A model generated the notes under the pieces. It did not search any database, had not been told where the DNA came from, and was given only the letters and a program-made list of their open reading frames with translations. Made by a program: the position numbers and the translations under genes. From Chlorokybus atmophyticus (lineage: Eukaryota; Plantae; Mesostigma and Chlorokybus algae), in NCBI GenBank assembly GCA_009103225.1, contig RHPI01003041.1:1-64000 (forward strand): a DNA stretch of 64,000 bases, given 5' to 3'. Shown in pieces: positions 1 through 13,690 of this stretch. Positions within the stretch are counted from its first letter, which is position 1, and each line of letters begins with the position of its first letter.

Positions 1-88
1 CTAACCCTAACCCTAACCCTAACCCTAACCCTAACCCTAACCCTAACCCTAACCCTAACCCTAACCCTAACCCTAACCCTAAACCTAA
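1..88 (+). repeat. Terminal telomere array (CCCTAA)n, TTAGGG type, left chromosome end
   Basis: Perfect CCCTAA repeats from base 1 to about 82, then one variant unit (ACCTAA) before unique sequence. Confidence 0.97.
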
Positions 89-1343
89 GCCTGGTGCGAT
101 ATGATATTTTAAACTATAAAAAAACATAAATTTTGATGTTGCACGTCAGCATATGATGACGTGGCTTAAGGTTATTAATCAATACTCCCATGAACAGAAT
201 GCATATTCTTTGAATGACAAAAGAACATATAATGTTATAAGCGTGAAGAGAAAAATCCCGTTTGTGTCATGAAAAGCTAAAGAATAAACATGATTCTTAT
301 AATGGGGGTAAACTGTACTCATCACGCCACACCCCGTGCGTGTCCGGTAAGTTTACACAGTACTACACTGTACTGAACCACGGTATTTTCTCGCGCTTTC
401 CTTTGTAAGGGCGTACTCAACACGCCAGACCCGTGCATGGCTATTGGCCATGCACAGGTCGCTTTTTTCATGAGATAGGCCGTCGATGTCAGAATTACAA
501 AAGCCTAGACCGAAGGACGCGCAGTCCTCGACGAGGACAAATGAAAGTTGCTCGATAACAAGCCAACCATATTTGGCAGAATGAATCCACCCATCGTTGT
601 GCTGATGCAACTGATATGGCGCGCAGCGGCGTTGCGGCTAGGATTTTTGTGCGGACAAATAGGAAATCAGTGTTGTCTAGTATCGGTAGCAGAAGCTTGC
701 ACGCAATGCCTCACAGGCATGCAAGGCCGCCGTGTAAACTTACCTGTTTACCAGTGTACAACCGAACAAGCAATTGAATGATAAGATATCGTTAAAAGTA
801 TCATTGACCATCATATGATATCGCAACTACAGCACACATGATAAACCTTTCTCATCATGTCTTGATCCGGAAATGGGACTGCACTTCACGTACATCATTG
901 CGTTCTGCATAAGATACTTCATGTGTTAATGCATACATCAAGTATACTGCATGTATTCAAGATGTTATGTGTTACGATAAGGTATGCTTGAGTTTATGCC
1001 CGTGCGATTGGATGGAATAAGCCTTAATCAGGTTTTATGCATCATGCACCAAGTGCTCTTTTGATGTGCATGCACATCAATAGACTTAGTTTAAAGTTTA
1101 ATGGTTTTAACATAAAAATCGACGGTGACATAAAAAAAGGTGCCCGTTTATCTTGATGTTGTATTCGAACATCCATGCGCAACAACTCTGCATGAATCTT
1201 TTGCTATAGAGGAATTGGTGTCATCACGCTGTTGTTGTATGAGTGTACCTACAAATCTTATCACAGCACTGTGGTAAAATCTACTAGGCTAGTGAGTCCT
1301 TGTGCTTAATAGCGTAGCGGATCAAGTTCAGTTGCTCAATAAT

Positions 1344-1359
1344 CTAACCCTAACCCTAA
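1344..1359 (+). repeat. Short interstitial telomeric tract, same orientation as terminal array
   Basis: ctaaccctaaccctaa. Confidence 0.6.
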
Positions 1360-1576
1360 TCTTTTTCTTCATAAGGCGCCAGGTGTGTCCAATCTATGCA
1401 GATTGGGACAAATTTATCTTGCAATGCTATCTAATAGTACCTCTAGTAGCAGTACCTTTGCTAGTGTATGTGATTAATGCATGGGTAAAAGGGGCTCACA
1501 ATGCATGCAATAAAAAACAAGCGACATGTATTTGTGACCATGGCCTCTATATCGGCCATTATATTACATAGTATAC

Positions 1577-1608
<32 letters not shown>

Positions 1609-1614
1609 GAGAGA
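1577..1614 (+). repeat. (GA)n microsatellite
   Basis: Near-perfect GA run with one CA interruption. Confidence 0.95.
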
Positions 1615-1804
1615 CATTTTTAAGACTCCGAGCGTCTGCTGCAAGTCGCAGACCTGAAACATACTCAATGTCTGATAAATGCAGTGCAGAAGCAGTGGCA
1701 TGCATCAGCGCGCACACGCACACACACATGCGCACGTGCGTGTGTGCATGTATTTACGTGCGCCAAACTTGTTGCTCTGCACAATGTGAGTAGCTGTTAA
1801 AATG

Positions 1805-1834
1805 AGGGTTAGGGTTAGGGTTAGGGTTAGGGTT
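1805..1834 (+). repeat. Interstitial telomeric tract (AGGGTT)x5, inverted relative to terminal array
   Basis: agggttagggttagggttagggttagggtt. Confidence 0.85.
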
Positions 1835-3302
1835 GCCTTTGGCCGCTGCCATTGTCGCCGCCTCAAGGCAACAAAATCGTCTTGCGACCAGGATTAGGGC
1901 GCATCGCATGCATAGAATTTGACCTGTGGCAAGAAGGATCTCGCGTTGGGTGGCATGGTGTGAGTATCGTGGGGAACACCGCTCATAGAAGGTGCTTGTA
2001 CTCGGTGCTTGTGGTGCGTGCGTGTGGTGGTGTGGATAGGCATGGTTTATATAGATAATTGGACACTAGCATGTTCATTGTGATAGAGAGTGAGAAGTTG
2101 CAAGGGTGTGAGGGGCGACAGCCTCCCGAGTGTTGAGATGAGAGTGTGAATATATCATCAGTGAGCAGTACTACTACCGCTAGGCACGATTGTGAGGGTA
2201 TACAAATGAGTACACCATGCAATCCCAGAGCTGCTGCGCTATGTTGAAACCCTCCTTCTCAGCGGTCTGCCTGTGGGCTTTGCAGAGTCGATTGCAAGAG
2301 ATAGTGGGTATTCCGACACACATCCATAACCATCATCAAACACTACTAGCATCAACAAAAACGTGGGCACAACGTACACCATGTCCGTACCTAGCCAAAA
2401 ATTACATGCACAGCAGCCAGCACAGCAAGCTATTAACGGGCCACTGACGGGTGCCAGCAGTCGTCCCAGCTATTGCAACGTCCGCCTCCTCCGTGGGGCG
2501 AGTCACCTGCAGTGGCTACCAGCCGGGAGCCGCCGCCGCCCCCCTCTCTAGCAGGGCCATGGCCTGGGCCCGCTGCAGCGCACAGGCCACGCGCTGCCTG
2601 AACAGCGCCACGAACCCACCCAGTCCAGCCAGTGGGAGGCCACGCCCGTGCACCGCCTGGCGAGCGCACCTGTTGAGGACGTCGCTGAAGGCGGCGCCTA
2701 ACGTCCCGTGGGTCCATTACCGCACAGGCTGCGCCTCATAAAGGACAGTAGCAGCAACCGCAAGGACAGCGTACAAACAGAGCAACTTATCATGTCGAGC
2801 TTAACCACACACAGGATCACCTGACCACATACACCAGCACACACGCTGCCTCTCACAAATTCGTGTAACAGTCATGCACAAGAAGCGTTACAACTCGGAG
2901 GCACAATCCTGTCCTCTCATGGTGTGCTCGTTTGCAAGCTACACTTGTAACACTTGTAACTTTACCCTGCACTAGCAATACAGCAACAAGTACAAAAGGA
3001 TCCGGTGCTTGATGTACATACTCATAGACTTGACTACCCTGTATCGACTGTGCTGTGCCTAGCCCTGCTCTATCTGCAGCATTGGGAACGAAAAACTCAC
3101 TAGCTAAAAGAATGGAAGGTAGAGGGGAGGGAGGGAGGGAAGGGGTCATGAGCGACACATCACCGTTCCTGTTGGTATCACTCCTGGCGCACCCATGCGC
3201 GCGTGTGTCCATTGCTCTTGAGCCCTCTCTGTGTAGTTGTCGGATGCGTGGTTGGTTTCCAACGCAGACATCGTCACGCGCGTGCACACTGTACCTTCAC
3301 CC

Positions 3303-6300
3303 TCACGAGCTCTTCCCTTGTATGGAGAGGTCGCTGGCGGTGAGCATGGTCATCCTCTGCGGCGTGCCCACGGAGCCCAGGACCCCGACGAACACGGTGC
3401 CCGTAAGTTGGAACGGCGCGGGACCGCTGCGTACCGTGCGCCAGCTGGACCCGTCCAAACTGATCTGAAGCTGGACACCATCGCTGTTGGAGTAGATCAT
3501 CTTCAACCACACAGGCCAGCTGGGCACAGCCGCATCAACTACGCAACACAACATTGGTCAGGACACCATTACCACCACCAGCAACGACAACAACATCAAC
3601 GTCAACATCGACGTCATCAACACCGACACCCTCAACGATGACAATGACTGTGACGTACTGTTGTTAATGTAGTTGATGTTGGCGGGTGCGGCATAGTCTG
3701 TGCGGTACTGGTATGTGAGGTATTGTTTTGGTGTGATTCCCCAGTGCGCGACGGCCGAGCGCGGGGACAGAGACTGCCTCACCGCAAGACCAAACTGCGC
3801 GCTGTATATGCTGTACTGCACCGCGTACACCTTCACCACCGCCTCGAACCCCGTCACGCCACGCAACTGCAACCAAACAACAATTACAACATAACCCTAC
3901 CTCTCACGAAACAGTTACACATACACACATCGTGCCCCTCACGTTCTGGTAGACGAATGCGTGCTGATCCACCGTGCCGGAGATGCCGATGCCGCCTGCC
4001 GTGAAGAAGAGGTTTTTTCTGAAGTCCACAAACGCGCCGCTGGGCAGCATGTTGGGATACGTCGTGAGGCCAATATCCGCCAACGCGAGGTCCGATGGCA
4101 ATGCACCTGCGCGCACGCATAGTTGTTATTGTTGATGAAGATGCAGAGTCCAGAATCACTCAACAGGTACAGCAGCGTGCAGCGTGTGTGCTCACCGTAT
4201 TGGCTGCCAGTGGGCGTGGCAATGGTGTAGTACGCAAAGAACCTGTTGACTAGCCTGGCGTCGACCTTGATGGTCTGCGTTCGTGCGCCAAAGTTGGACC
4301 AGCCTGCAAACAAAGAGTGTGAGCAGAGCAGCTGAAGTGCATCATGTATTGAAAGAAACAAGCCTCGCATCACAGCGGGATTACCCATGAAGTTGCATGG
4401 TATTGCCGTTCTGTAAGTGAACGTTGCCGGAGCGGATATTACCACCGACTGCCCCGACGCCAGCTCCACCGTGAATGGTCCTCCACTACTCGAAGACTGT
4501 CACACGGGCACAAGTGAGTGACTCTGTCCACACGCCACAACTGCCACACACGCACACCCACACGCACACCGCTCACATCCTGTCCGATTGCGAGGCCTGT
4601 CACTATGAGGGGGCCGCTGATGACGGTGACGTTGGCTAGGACGGGAGGTGGGGGCGGTGCGTGTTGCACAGGTGGCGGGGGTGGTGAGGGCTGCGCTCCC
4701 CCCTTTGTTGTGGCTGAGATCGCGCCGTCAACATATGCCAACGTGGGCCATGGGAGTGGGTTGGCGTTCCACGTGGTCACGCCGGAGAGGTCCGCGATGG
4801 TGCCGGTGAGCTGGAATCGGTAGGCGCGCGTGGCAAGGGTGTCGCGTGGCGCGTCCATCTTCACGGAGAAGGTGATCTCCCACGTCGACGAGGGCGCGTC
4901 GTAGTCCGTCTGCCAGAAGTCTTTCCCCCACACACTCTCATCAATCACACTCCACGTGTTGCCCGTGCCGTCCTCGCTGACCTCCAGCTGCGGGTCTCGG
5001 AAGCCCGTCACGCCCGCGAGGGTGATGGCCACGTAGCTGAGGCCGCCCGTGATGGTGAACTGCGCGCGGTTGAACCGATCGACGCGAATCATCACGGGAC
5101 GCACACGAAGGAGCGTACCCGCCGTCACCACCACGCCGAGGTTGTTGACCTGCGCCTCGCGCAGCGCCATGCGCCAAGTATCTTCCCATCCAACGCGACT
5201 AGAGAAACACATACAGTGACAACACACACACTTTAGTAAGTGAACTGCAGTGATGTGAAGATCTGCTGCAGTTAGTGCTGTAGTAGGAGTAGTAGTAGGT
5301 GTAGTAATACTGACTACTGACCACTGTAGTAGTACTGACTACTGTAAGAGTAGTACAGACGTAGGAGGAGTACTAGAGACGTCTAGACTGTTGTTTCTAC
5401 ATGAGAACATACACTCTTGCACTGGGCAACCACAGTCTCTGCATGCACTCAACTCATACGGCTCACGTTTGGTCATGTACTAACACAAAGCACACACCTC
5501 AGCGCGGCGGCGAAGTTGGTGTTGGGCCCGTAGTAGTCGGTTGAGAACTGCGGCAGTAATATCTGCTCCACCACGCAGTCCACATAGTCCCCAGCCCTCA
5601 GGCCGGTGGTGCCGGGCGGGGGAACGATCTCGATGATGGACACGCGCCCACCCGCCGCCGTTGTTGCGTACGAGTGGATGCCCCTCTCTGCCATGAACGC
5701 ACGCGAAGCACGCCCGTTGAACACAGCATTCCACTGAGAGATCACAAACATGCGCTGCGACTGCGTCACGCCAGAACCTTTTGTCGCGTCGGCCTAGCGT
5801 TTTCGCGCACATCATCAGTGGCTGGACTCCCCTTAGCACATGTGTAGCAAAGGGGATTTGTGGTATTACTCGAGTACACACTCACCCCTGTGTACGAGAC
5901 CCAGTTGCGCTGGCCCTTGAGCTCAAAGAAGGGCGTGCGGTAAATGTCGTGGCCACTACTATCTGCACAAAGAGGAGTATTATTACTCCAGCACGCATGC
6001 GAGATAGACTCTGTTCATGCGTGTGCATGCGCGTACCGGGTCCCAAGGTGGCGGCCCAGTCGAGGATGAGTCCGTTCTCGTCCCCGTACGAGAAGTGCGT
6101 GTTGTATCCGAAGCTGTACGTCTCCGTGGCCATAGACCAGATGGGGAATCGGTAGAACGTGATGTCGGACTTCACGTCAATGCGTATGTGGTAGGTGGCG
6201 CGTGCGGCATCGTCAGTGCGCTCGATAGCAACGGTGTATTGCAAAGAGGTCTTTCCATCTTGGGACTTGCCCGCATAGGACGTCTCGGCCAACAACGGTC

Positions 6301-8456
6301 CCGTGCGCTTGCGGTGTGTCTTCATCTGCACGTTGAACTTGCGTGACCCGCCCTGGTCGATGTAGTTGATATCCGCGCCTCCGACATTAGTTGCCCACCC
6401 CCACTTCTCCCTCGCATAGCCGTTGCCCAACACGTACACGGGTCTCAGGTCCAGTATGGCCGTGCGTATGGACCTGCTCTGATCCGGCTCGTAACAAAAG
6501 GTTTCACCCCACGAACCGATAGCCGCCTGGTCCCACTGTGCGTTGGGTTGATACGTCAACGCGAGCTGCGCATACGACACCGCCGCCGCGCCACCCCAAT
6601 ACGCGTTGATTGTTGTCTGAACCATTGTCCATGTCGTGTACGCCGGCACCGTCATTTGGGTGATAGCGCGGTACCACTTGGGATTGGAGTCCCAATTCTT
6701 CGACACTTGGACTGGGAGACCAATCGGGTTGAGGCTTGTGTCTGAGAGTGTTGATTGGATGCCAGGGATGAGGAACACGATCCCCGTCTTTGAGAAAGCC
6801 AGACGTGCTACGCGTGCTTTTGAGCTTGGGTTGCTCACGCGTACGGTCACGCGTTCGATGCGGTTCCACCTCTCCTCGCCCACCACACCTTGCCTGCAGC
6901 GGTATTGTGAGGGGAAGCTGTGCGCAAATTTTCACGTGTTGACACAATCCACTCCAGCAAACAGCCTCACAACTTACGCGTCATTGCGCAGGTCGATGCG
7001 ATGCCACCCTTCATCCTCTTCATATGTAACTTGCAGGCCTGGCACCGACTCCGGCACCGTCTGTAGCCAGAGAGCCACCACCATCACATCAACACGTCCA
7101 ACTCTTCACGTATGTTGGGAACAGCACATGCACCTGCACATGCACGCACCTGATCGGCTGTGACAACGATAGGAGTGGAGAGGTCGGACAGTCCTCGCTC
7201 CAAAGGGTTGAAAAAGGCCACCAGCGTGACGGAGTAAGTATCGGAGGTGGACCAACTGCACGCCAACATAAGTGAGGGGATTCGCTCACCGACCACAATC
7301 AACATGGTAAAGGTGTTGGCACTCGTTATGCGTCTTACTTTGGGGGTGAGAGGGAGATGGTGTTGCCGCCGATGAGGCTCGCCCCTTGGCTTCCTGCAAG
7401 CGTGAAGTCGGAGCCCAACCCCGTGGCGGCCAGGGAGATGAAGATGCGCTCAAAACCTGACAACCTGCGTGCACAAATTTGTAAAATCATGAAGCACGCA
7501 AGTACATAACAAGACGCAGTGCCCATGATAAGTGGAACCTGGACATCACAGCAGATGAGACGTGCAATTCCAGCTCTTACGAGTTCATGTTGGTGACTGT
7601 GAGGGTCCACGACACCCTGTCCGGCCACACACCCAACTCGATCGCACTCGTGATGTACGGCGTACCCGCTGCAACGAGGGCAGCACATGTTCAGTACACA
7701 ACAACCGCGCAACTACTACTGCGCATGTGCTGTGCTGTGGGGTCACTCACAGGACCAGGAAATGGCGTCATATCGGCGGCGGTTATACCAGCGTCCGTGC
7801 TCTATGAGCTCCGCACTCTGGATAAAACTGACAAATGCAACACGCAGCAAGAGGTTAATCTGATTCATCTCGGTGTATTGCATGGTGAAGCGAGCAATAA
7901 GCAAAGTGCACACTCACTCTCCGGAGGTGCCGACCGCGGTGTAGGTCTTGCCTGTGACGACCAACCCGAACGTGAGGGAGGGTGTACCAGGCAAACTGCT
8001 GCCCTCAATCATGTCGTTGAATAGATTCAGGACATAAGGTTCTGCGCAGCGCTCAGACATAATTAGTACGACGATGACAAAGAAAAATGTAACCACTAGC
8101 ACGCAGACACAAACACAGCTCCCTTACCCGAATATCGCTGCCGCAGTGCGCCAAATGATAGCAGTTTGAGTGTGTTGTAGTTCCATTCCAAACCATAACG
8201 GCTTGTCTGCACGGCGAGCGTGAGTTGCGTGCTGTCGCGCAGGCCATCCTTCCAGTACATGTACGCGTAATCCGCCGCGCTGCCCACCACCGCATCGGCT
8301 ACGGGGACCGCCGCCGGCAATGCATTGGACACTTGGACGTCCACGCCGAGACTGAGTTCAATGTCAAAGCCAGTACTGCTTTGTGTAGGGGGCGCATCAT
8401 CGGGTGTCGGACTGCACAGACAGACAGACACACACACAGACGCACAGACACACAGA

Positions 8457-8503
<47 letters not shown>

Positions 8504-9062
8504 AGAGAGGTCAGATGGAACGCATGTGGTTATTGCAATAACCACTGCTTGCAGCATGTATGCATGCATGCTGCCATGCAACAGTGCAAGTAATGTGGGC
8601 AGACCCATGGAAGGCAGTGGGGTGCATGCAAGGGTGAGGTCAATGCTTGGGGAGTAGTGAATGCGTGTCTGTGTTCCCCCTGCCTCCCTCGCAGTTGATG
8701 TGACACTGGCAAGCGCTCAGATGCAAGGCTCATGGCGCGCATGCAAGTGCGCTGCCTTGCCGCCGCCGCCGCCGCGGCCGGAGTGTGTTCATGTGTCACA
8801 TCAAGCATCAAGCAACAGAGCACGAAGTTGCGCAAGAGGCTTTGTGGGAAGATCACTGATCCTATCCAACTTACTCTGCAAGCACCGCTTCCCGGTTGAG
8901 GAGGTACTTTCGCCGATCTGCGGCGCTGACCTCCTCGGCCACGTTCTCCACGTTGCCGTCTGCTGACTGCACACAACTGGGGTGCAGGAAGAGGAGAGCT
9001 AGCAGCGCAACAAGGAGGAGGGTGGGGCGGCAGCGGTGGTTGCAGTGGCTCTCGGAAGCCAT
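3303..9062 (-). CDS. 17-exon gene for a large (1251 aa) secreted beta-rich protein with signal peptide, Pro linker and C-terminal ConA-like/DUF1349-like domain; function unknown
   Basis: Manually spliced exons: 9062-8875, 8411-8128, 8041-7918, 7827-7751, 7668-7581, 7464-7339, 7255-7150, 7060-6978, 6893-6037, 5962-5886, 5793-5498, 5198-4577, 4496-4385, 4303-4196, 4106-3943, 3866-3659, 3538-3303. All introns are GT-AG, phases are consistent, and the 3756 nt are open to TGA. N-terminus MASESHCNHRCRPTLLLVALLALLFLHPSCVQS has a hydrophobic signal. Linker is QPSPPPPPVQHAPPPPPV. C-terminal motifs AQFGLAVRQSL and PVWLKM..LQISLDGSSW..VFVGV recall ConA-like jelly rolls. The last exon could splice further downstream. 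Confidence 0.85.
8418..8500 (+). repeat. (CA)n-rich microsatellite in intron 1
   Basis: cagacagaca..(ca)n run just upstream of the exon 2 acceptor on the coding strand. Confidence 0.9.
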
Positions 9063-12000
9063 GATCCCGTGATCACCTCTTCCAAACAGCACCGTAGGTG
9101 TGAATGTGCGTGCGTGCGTGTGCGTGCGTGTGTGCGAGCGTGCGTGTGTTCGTAACACTGGCAGAGCGTCTCTCCTCCTACCTCCTTCTGCCTTAGCCAA
9201 GCCCTGCTACAGCACTCAGACCTCTCTGCGCCCCTGTCTCAGCAGCATGCACCGACTGCTACCGCACCCACCCATGACTCCGTGCTCGTGACGCCATTGC
9301 ATGCGCAGCTCGGTGGCCGCCAAGAGAGGGCGAGGGCGACACACAATGCGTGATGGTGAGAGAGTGGTAGTGATTGCCGCCGCCGCCGCCGCCGCCGTTC
9401 GTTTATAGTGTCGTTAAAACGAGCTTGAGCAGCAGACGGCCCGGGCCGTGCAAACGGGACTGTTGTCCGGTGTGGGTGACTGGTTAAACAGCAGGCGTGC
9501 GCGATGCAAACAAAACAAAAGACGGCGCGGGGCCAGGCTGTGGGGGCGTCAGCGTGGTGTGTAGCGAACGCGCGTGATGCCCCCGGCCTAGACCTACCCA
9601 AAGATCAATCACAGGGCTTGATTCAAAAACCTCGCAGTCACTAAAACCCTAGATACCCTACAAAAGGTATGGTACACACCTAGGTACATACCTACCCTGC
9701 CCACGACTAACTCGCTCATGCCATCATGCGGGCCTCATGGTAAAAAAGTAACTTACACAGCGGAACCTTTTTCAAGGATGGACTCATTGGCAAACCGGCA
9801 CAGCCCTGTGTGCCACGAAAATGTTGTCGTAATTTACTCGTAAAACTATGTCGTCACGGGCACCTTGCTTGGCGACATGCTTGCGTGACGGGTCGGCTAG
9901 CATACATTGTAATGATCCTTCTTCACAATAGGTAGATTGGCGGGTCTAGCAGCTGTTGAAAGTTGAATAAAAGAAAACAACATGCCTTCGGTGCAAAACA
10001 TTGAGCTCTTACACGAAGGGGTCTCATTCCTTAATGTTTGAGAATGTGCTGTTACAATAAGCTAGTCATAAATGTTATGCAATTCTCCTCGTACACGAGC
10101 ATCGATAGGTCTTAAATTTTAAAGTACGCAACTGTGCTTTTACATCATGGTTATTTCACAAACGCTTCGCATCATCAGAAGCTTTTTGTTGCTATCATGC
10201 GACTCACCCTCATTATAAATGAACAGTGTTTTATGACATTCGATTGCGAGCCCCTCCCCCTCCCCAGAGTCTCATATGGTTAGACAACGAAATTTGTGAG
10301 AGGTTAAAGATACACACTGTTGCGCACATATGGGTTATGCAAAAATTATAACGTTTTACATTATAAGATCTCTTGATGAGGTACTGAACAAAAAGGTGAC
10401 CGTAGTGCCACGAAATCCTTGTGCAATAAATAACTTGGCGAGGGCGCGTTACAAAACGTTTACTAACTTCTTGATGGTAGAATTTGCATTAATTTTATAA
10501 CGGAATGCATAGGCTTGCGGAATTTGGCAAAAAACAAACCAAATATTTTGCGACACCTTTTATCAAAAACAACACACCGTATGCAACCGCGCATTCAAAA
10601 TCATTGTACACTATTGCGATATTAAAATCATATGTGTTTATATTATGGTAGTCAACCAATACTCAAACATATGAATGCATAGATGCTGCAAAGTTGTATA
10701 TATATGTACAATTACTTATATAGATATAAATACGTAGCAGTGTCGCATCTCAACGTTCAAAGGTATACATAACGCTTCAAGCTTGGTATTGGATTTGTAC
10801 AATGTTGGCCTTAATCATGTAGAAAACACGCAGTGCGAATGAACCCCACGTTGTGATGTGAATGTCAAATACTGATCAGGTATTTGCAATTAATGAGTTA
10901 CTCGATCTACGATACCTACTTATTGCAAAAACCTGTATGTGTACCCAATCGACTTGACAAACCATTATGGCCATCATAATGACAACAAGTTTGCGACCGC
11001 AACCGTGAAAATGCATGAAGTAAGTGGAGCGTAAACGATTACTGATGTCATGTGGTAAGTCTGGTCTTATACAAGTTACCGTATCATAGACTGTATAATA
11101 AGCCATTTATCATGCACTGGGATAAGGTGTGCAGACGCGAACGCCACAGGGGCCGCGGAGGTGATGGCGCGCACTATTTGGCGCGGAATAGTCACACGTT
11201 TCGTAGCCCCACGACCGAGCAATTTGAGTTGCGAGGCTGCTTGCGAAGCAGTGCTTCGGGCAGCCTTGAGTCCCAGTCGAGCCGCCAGCCAGCGCCACTT
11301 TGCAGGGCTCCGGATCCCGGTCGACCAGCCCTATGGATAAGCAGTTCAATCACTGTGGACTCCAATCTACACAGTGTACAGTCTTGTAATTCATTCGATG
11401 GACGGTCGGCGCGCTACGTCAGTGGCTCACGCGGACTGTCGGCAATTAAGGAAAGCGGGTGCCGACGAGGACAGTCGTGCGCGGTAATGTCTACGGATGG
11501 ATGAGACCACTCTACCCCCGTTGAAAAACTTTGGTTAAAGAGAATAACTCCGTCCTAAGCTCAAGAGTTTACAAAAGCCCAATGGTTTTGCAAGCAATCA
11601 TTGTTGGGCAAGAAAACATTCTCGTAGATAATAGGACTAAAGCAAAGGTTGATTCTGGCATTGGTCTTTTGTTATACGGGGAGGATGCCTCGTAAATAAT
11701 AAGTTCGATTTATTAAATACAATGGAGCATTTAAAAATGACAACCTTATATTATGTATCACATGTTATGAGAGTGGAGGGGGCGGGGGGGGTCTTTCAGC
11801 TGGTACAAGGCGAATTTAAAATCAGCCAGCTCGGCCATATGCCAGAAGCGGCGAAACTTTACGTCATAGGGTTCTACGCGCAACCAGCTTAATGATTACG
11901 TTATCCACATCACGTACAACCACCAACATAAACTTATATCAACATTATGAAGAATCTTAATTTATGTGACGCTAATATATTGCGTCGAGGCATGCATGAA

Positions 12001-13549
12001 TTGTGCCCGTATGTTTACAATTGTACGTTGTTGTAATAACTTCGTATTCATCAAGAAAAGGCACAATACAATAGGCATATTTAACTCAATTCTGTCGATT
12101 GTATAAAGGATGCTAGACCAATCATGTATATAAGTTTACTTCACTTTAAAGATCTATGCTTAGACAATGTGAATCATCCACACCTTGCAGTGCGTACATG
12201 AACATTACTCGTTGGGCCATTCTGCATATATAATGCATATATAATTAAATGTGTCGTTCGATCAAGGGCCCGCACATAATTTTGTCACGGAATTGCACCT
12301 TCTCATGTTATTGCAAAAACACTGTAACTTGATATTGCACATAGCACGTGTTGCTTGTTTTTATTCGTGTTGTAACCATCATACATGCAAAAAAGGCTTA
12401 ACTGCAAGCTGTGTCTCGCAGTTGGGGTGAGTACCTCCAAGCGCACAAGTGTGAGGAGGGAAAATTGCTGGGCAGCATGTGTTACAAATGTAGCTTACAT
12501 TCATACCAAATCTTCAATCATCAGCGCCTTTTGCTGATGTGACCTACCTAGAACACCCTTCTTTCGTAAGATTAATGTCATCAGTTCCCTTGGATAAGGA
12601 CAACTCAAGTTTTTCTGGGCCTGATCCAAGGTAAGCCCACAAAAACAACAAATTTGGTGAACATACACTAGTCACCACGACATGTCACCGTGTCCACGCA
12701 TAAATGACCGATTTTCTAGGTTGGCCCGTCGATCAATCGATTGCAACTTGCCGCGGCCAGAATATGTGCTGCCTTCGACACAAAAGAACCGAGCAAGTTA
12801 CCGACAAACGCAGGTGGCCGATGACGTGTCCACAGCATGGAAAAATTAGGCTGAGGTGCTTTAATGATTGATTGGTTATAGGACATCACGTTATAATCGG
12901 GAGGAATGTTACAAATGTAGCATACATCCATCGTCCTCAACTATTGGCGCCTTCTGCTAATCTGACGTAGTGGCCATGGAACACCCTCATTTTGTGACAC
13001 TATGCAAAATTTCGCAGCCGAGTGCAGGTGCTTGCATGGTTCATGTGCGAGGGTGGTGGTGGAGTTACAGAGTATGAAGAGGAAGCCGAGGGGAAAACAT
13101 AATGGGTAGTAGCTTGGACTGTCAAAGTAGTCATTTGAGCTTTGAAACAAGGACGCTTGGTGACATGCACACACACCAGTCATAAATGTGCAGTCGTGTG
13201 ATTGTATCTTCTGAGCTAAGTAGAGCACGATACACAATGCAAGCACAAATTCTATAAAGCGCAAGCGAATGCTAAACAAACTTGCATGTAATTAGTGTTC
13301 AAAACCCATACACCCCGTGTAATGAGTTGAAATCGTTTAAATGTTGGAGGGCATGCAATTGTAAATGGACACAGAATGTGCTCTACTAATCATTCAGCTA
13401 TACATTGCCTGAATATTTTTAAGGGAGCATAAGGTTGTAGCAATAACAAACATGTTCAACTCACCAAGTCCCAATTGCCGGTGAATAATCAAGTAATCAG
13501 CTTGTCACCCATGTAGATTTATTGTCTTCATCAGTTTCATGCCATAGAT

Positions 13550-13690
13550 GTGAGTGGATTTTCAACACTTTTTTAAATCTAGCAACACGATTCGCACTAA
13601 GTCCTAGCTGTGAGTGAATTTTTAACACTATTCCAAAATCAAGCAATACGATTCGCACTAAGTCTTGGTTGTGAGTGAATGTTCAACACC
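13550..13690. repeat. About 60-bp tandem repeat, about 2.3 copies
   Basis: Units start at 13550, 13610 and 13670 (gtgagtg(g/a)at...acgattcgcactaagtc). Confidence 0.8.

Noticed and set aside
2433-3287. ORFs 2433-2717 and 2853-3287 as further exons of the large gene
   Set aside because: No convincing in-phase splice chain could be built, and exon 17 already ends in a stop. Left open for RNA-seq.
9900-13500. AT-richer block as a viral or organellar insertion
   Set aside because: No ORF or motif could be recognised to support an origin; only the compositional shift is visible.
13550-13690. CRISPR-like array
   Set aside because: No unique spacers, too few units, and the context is eukaryotic.
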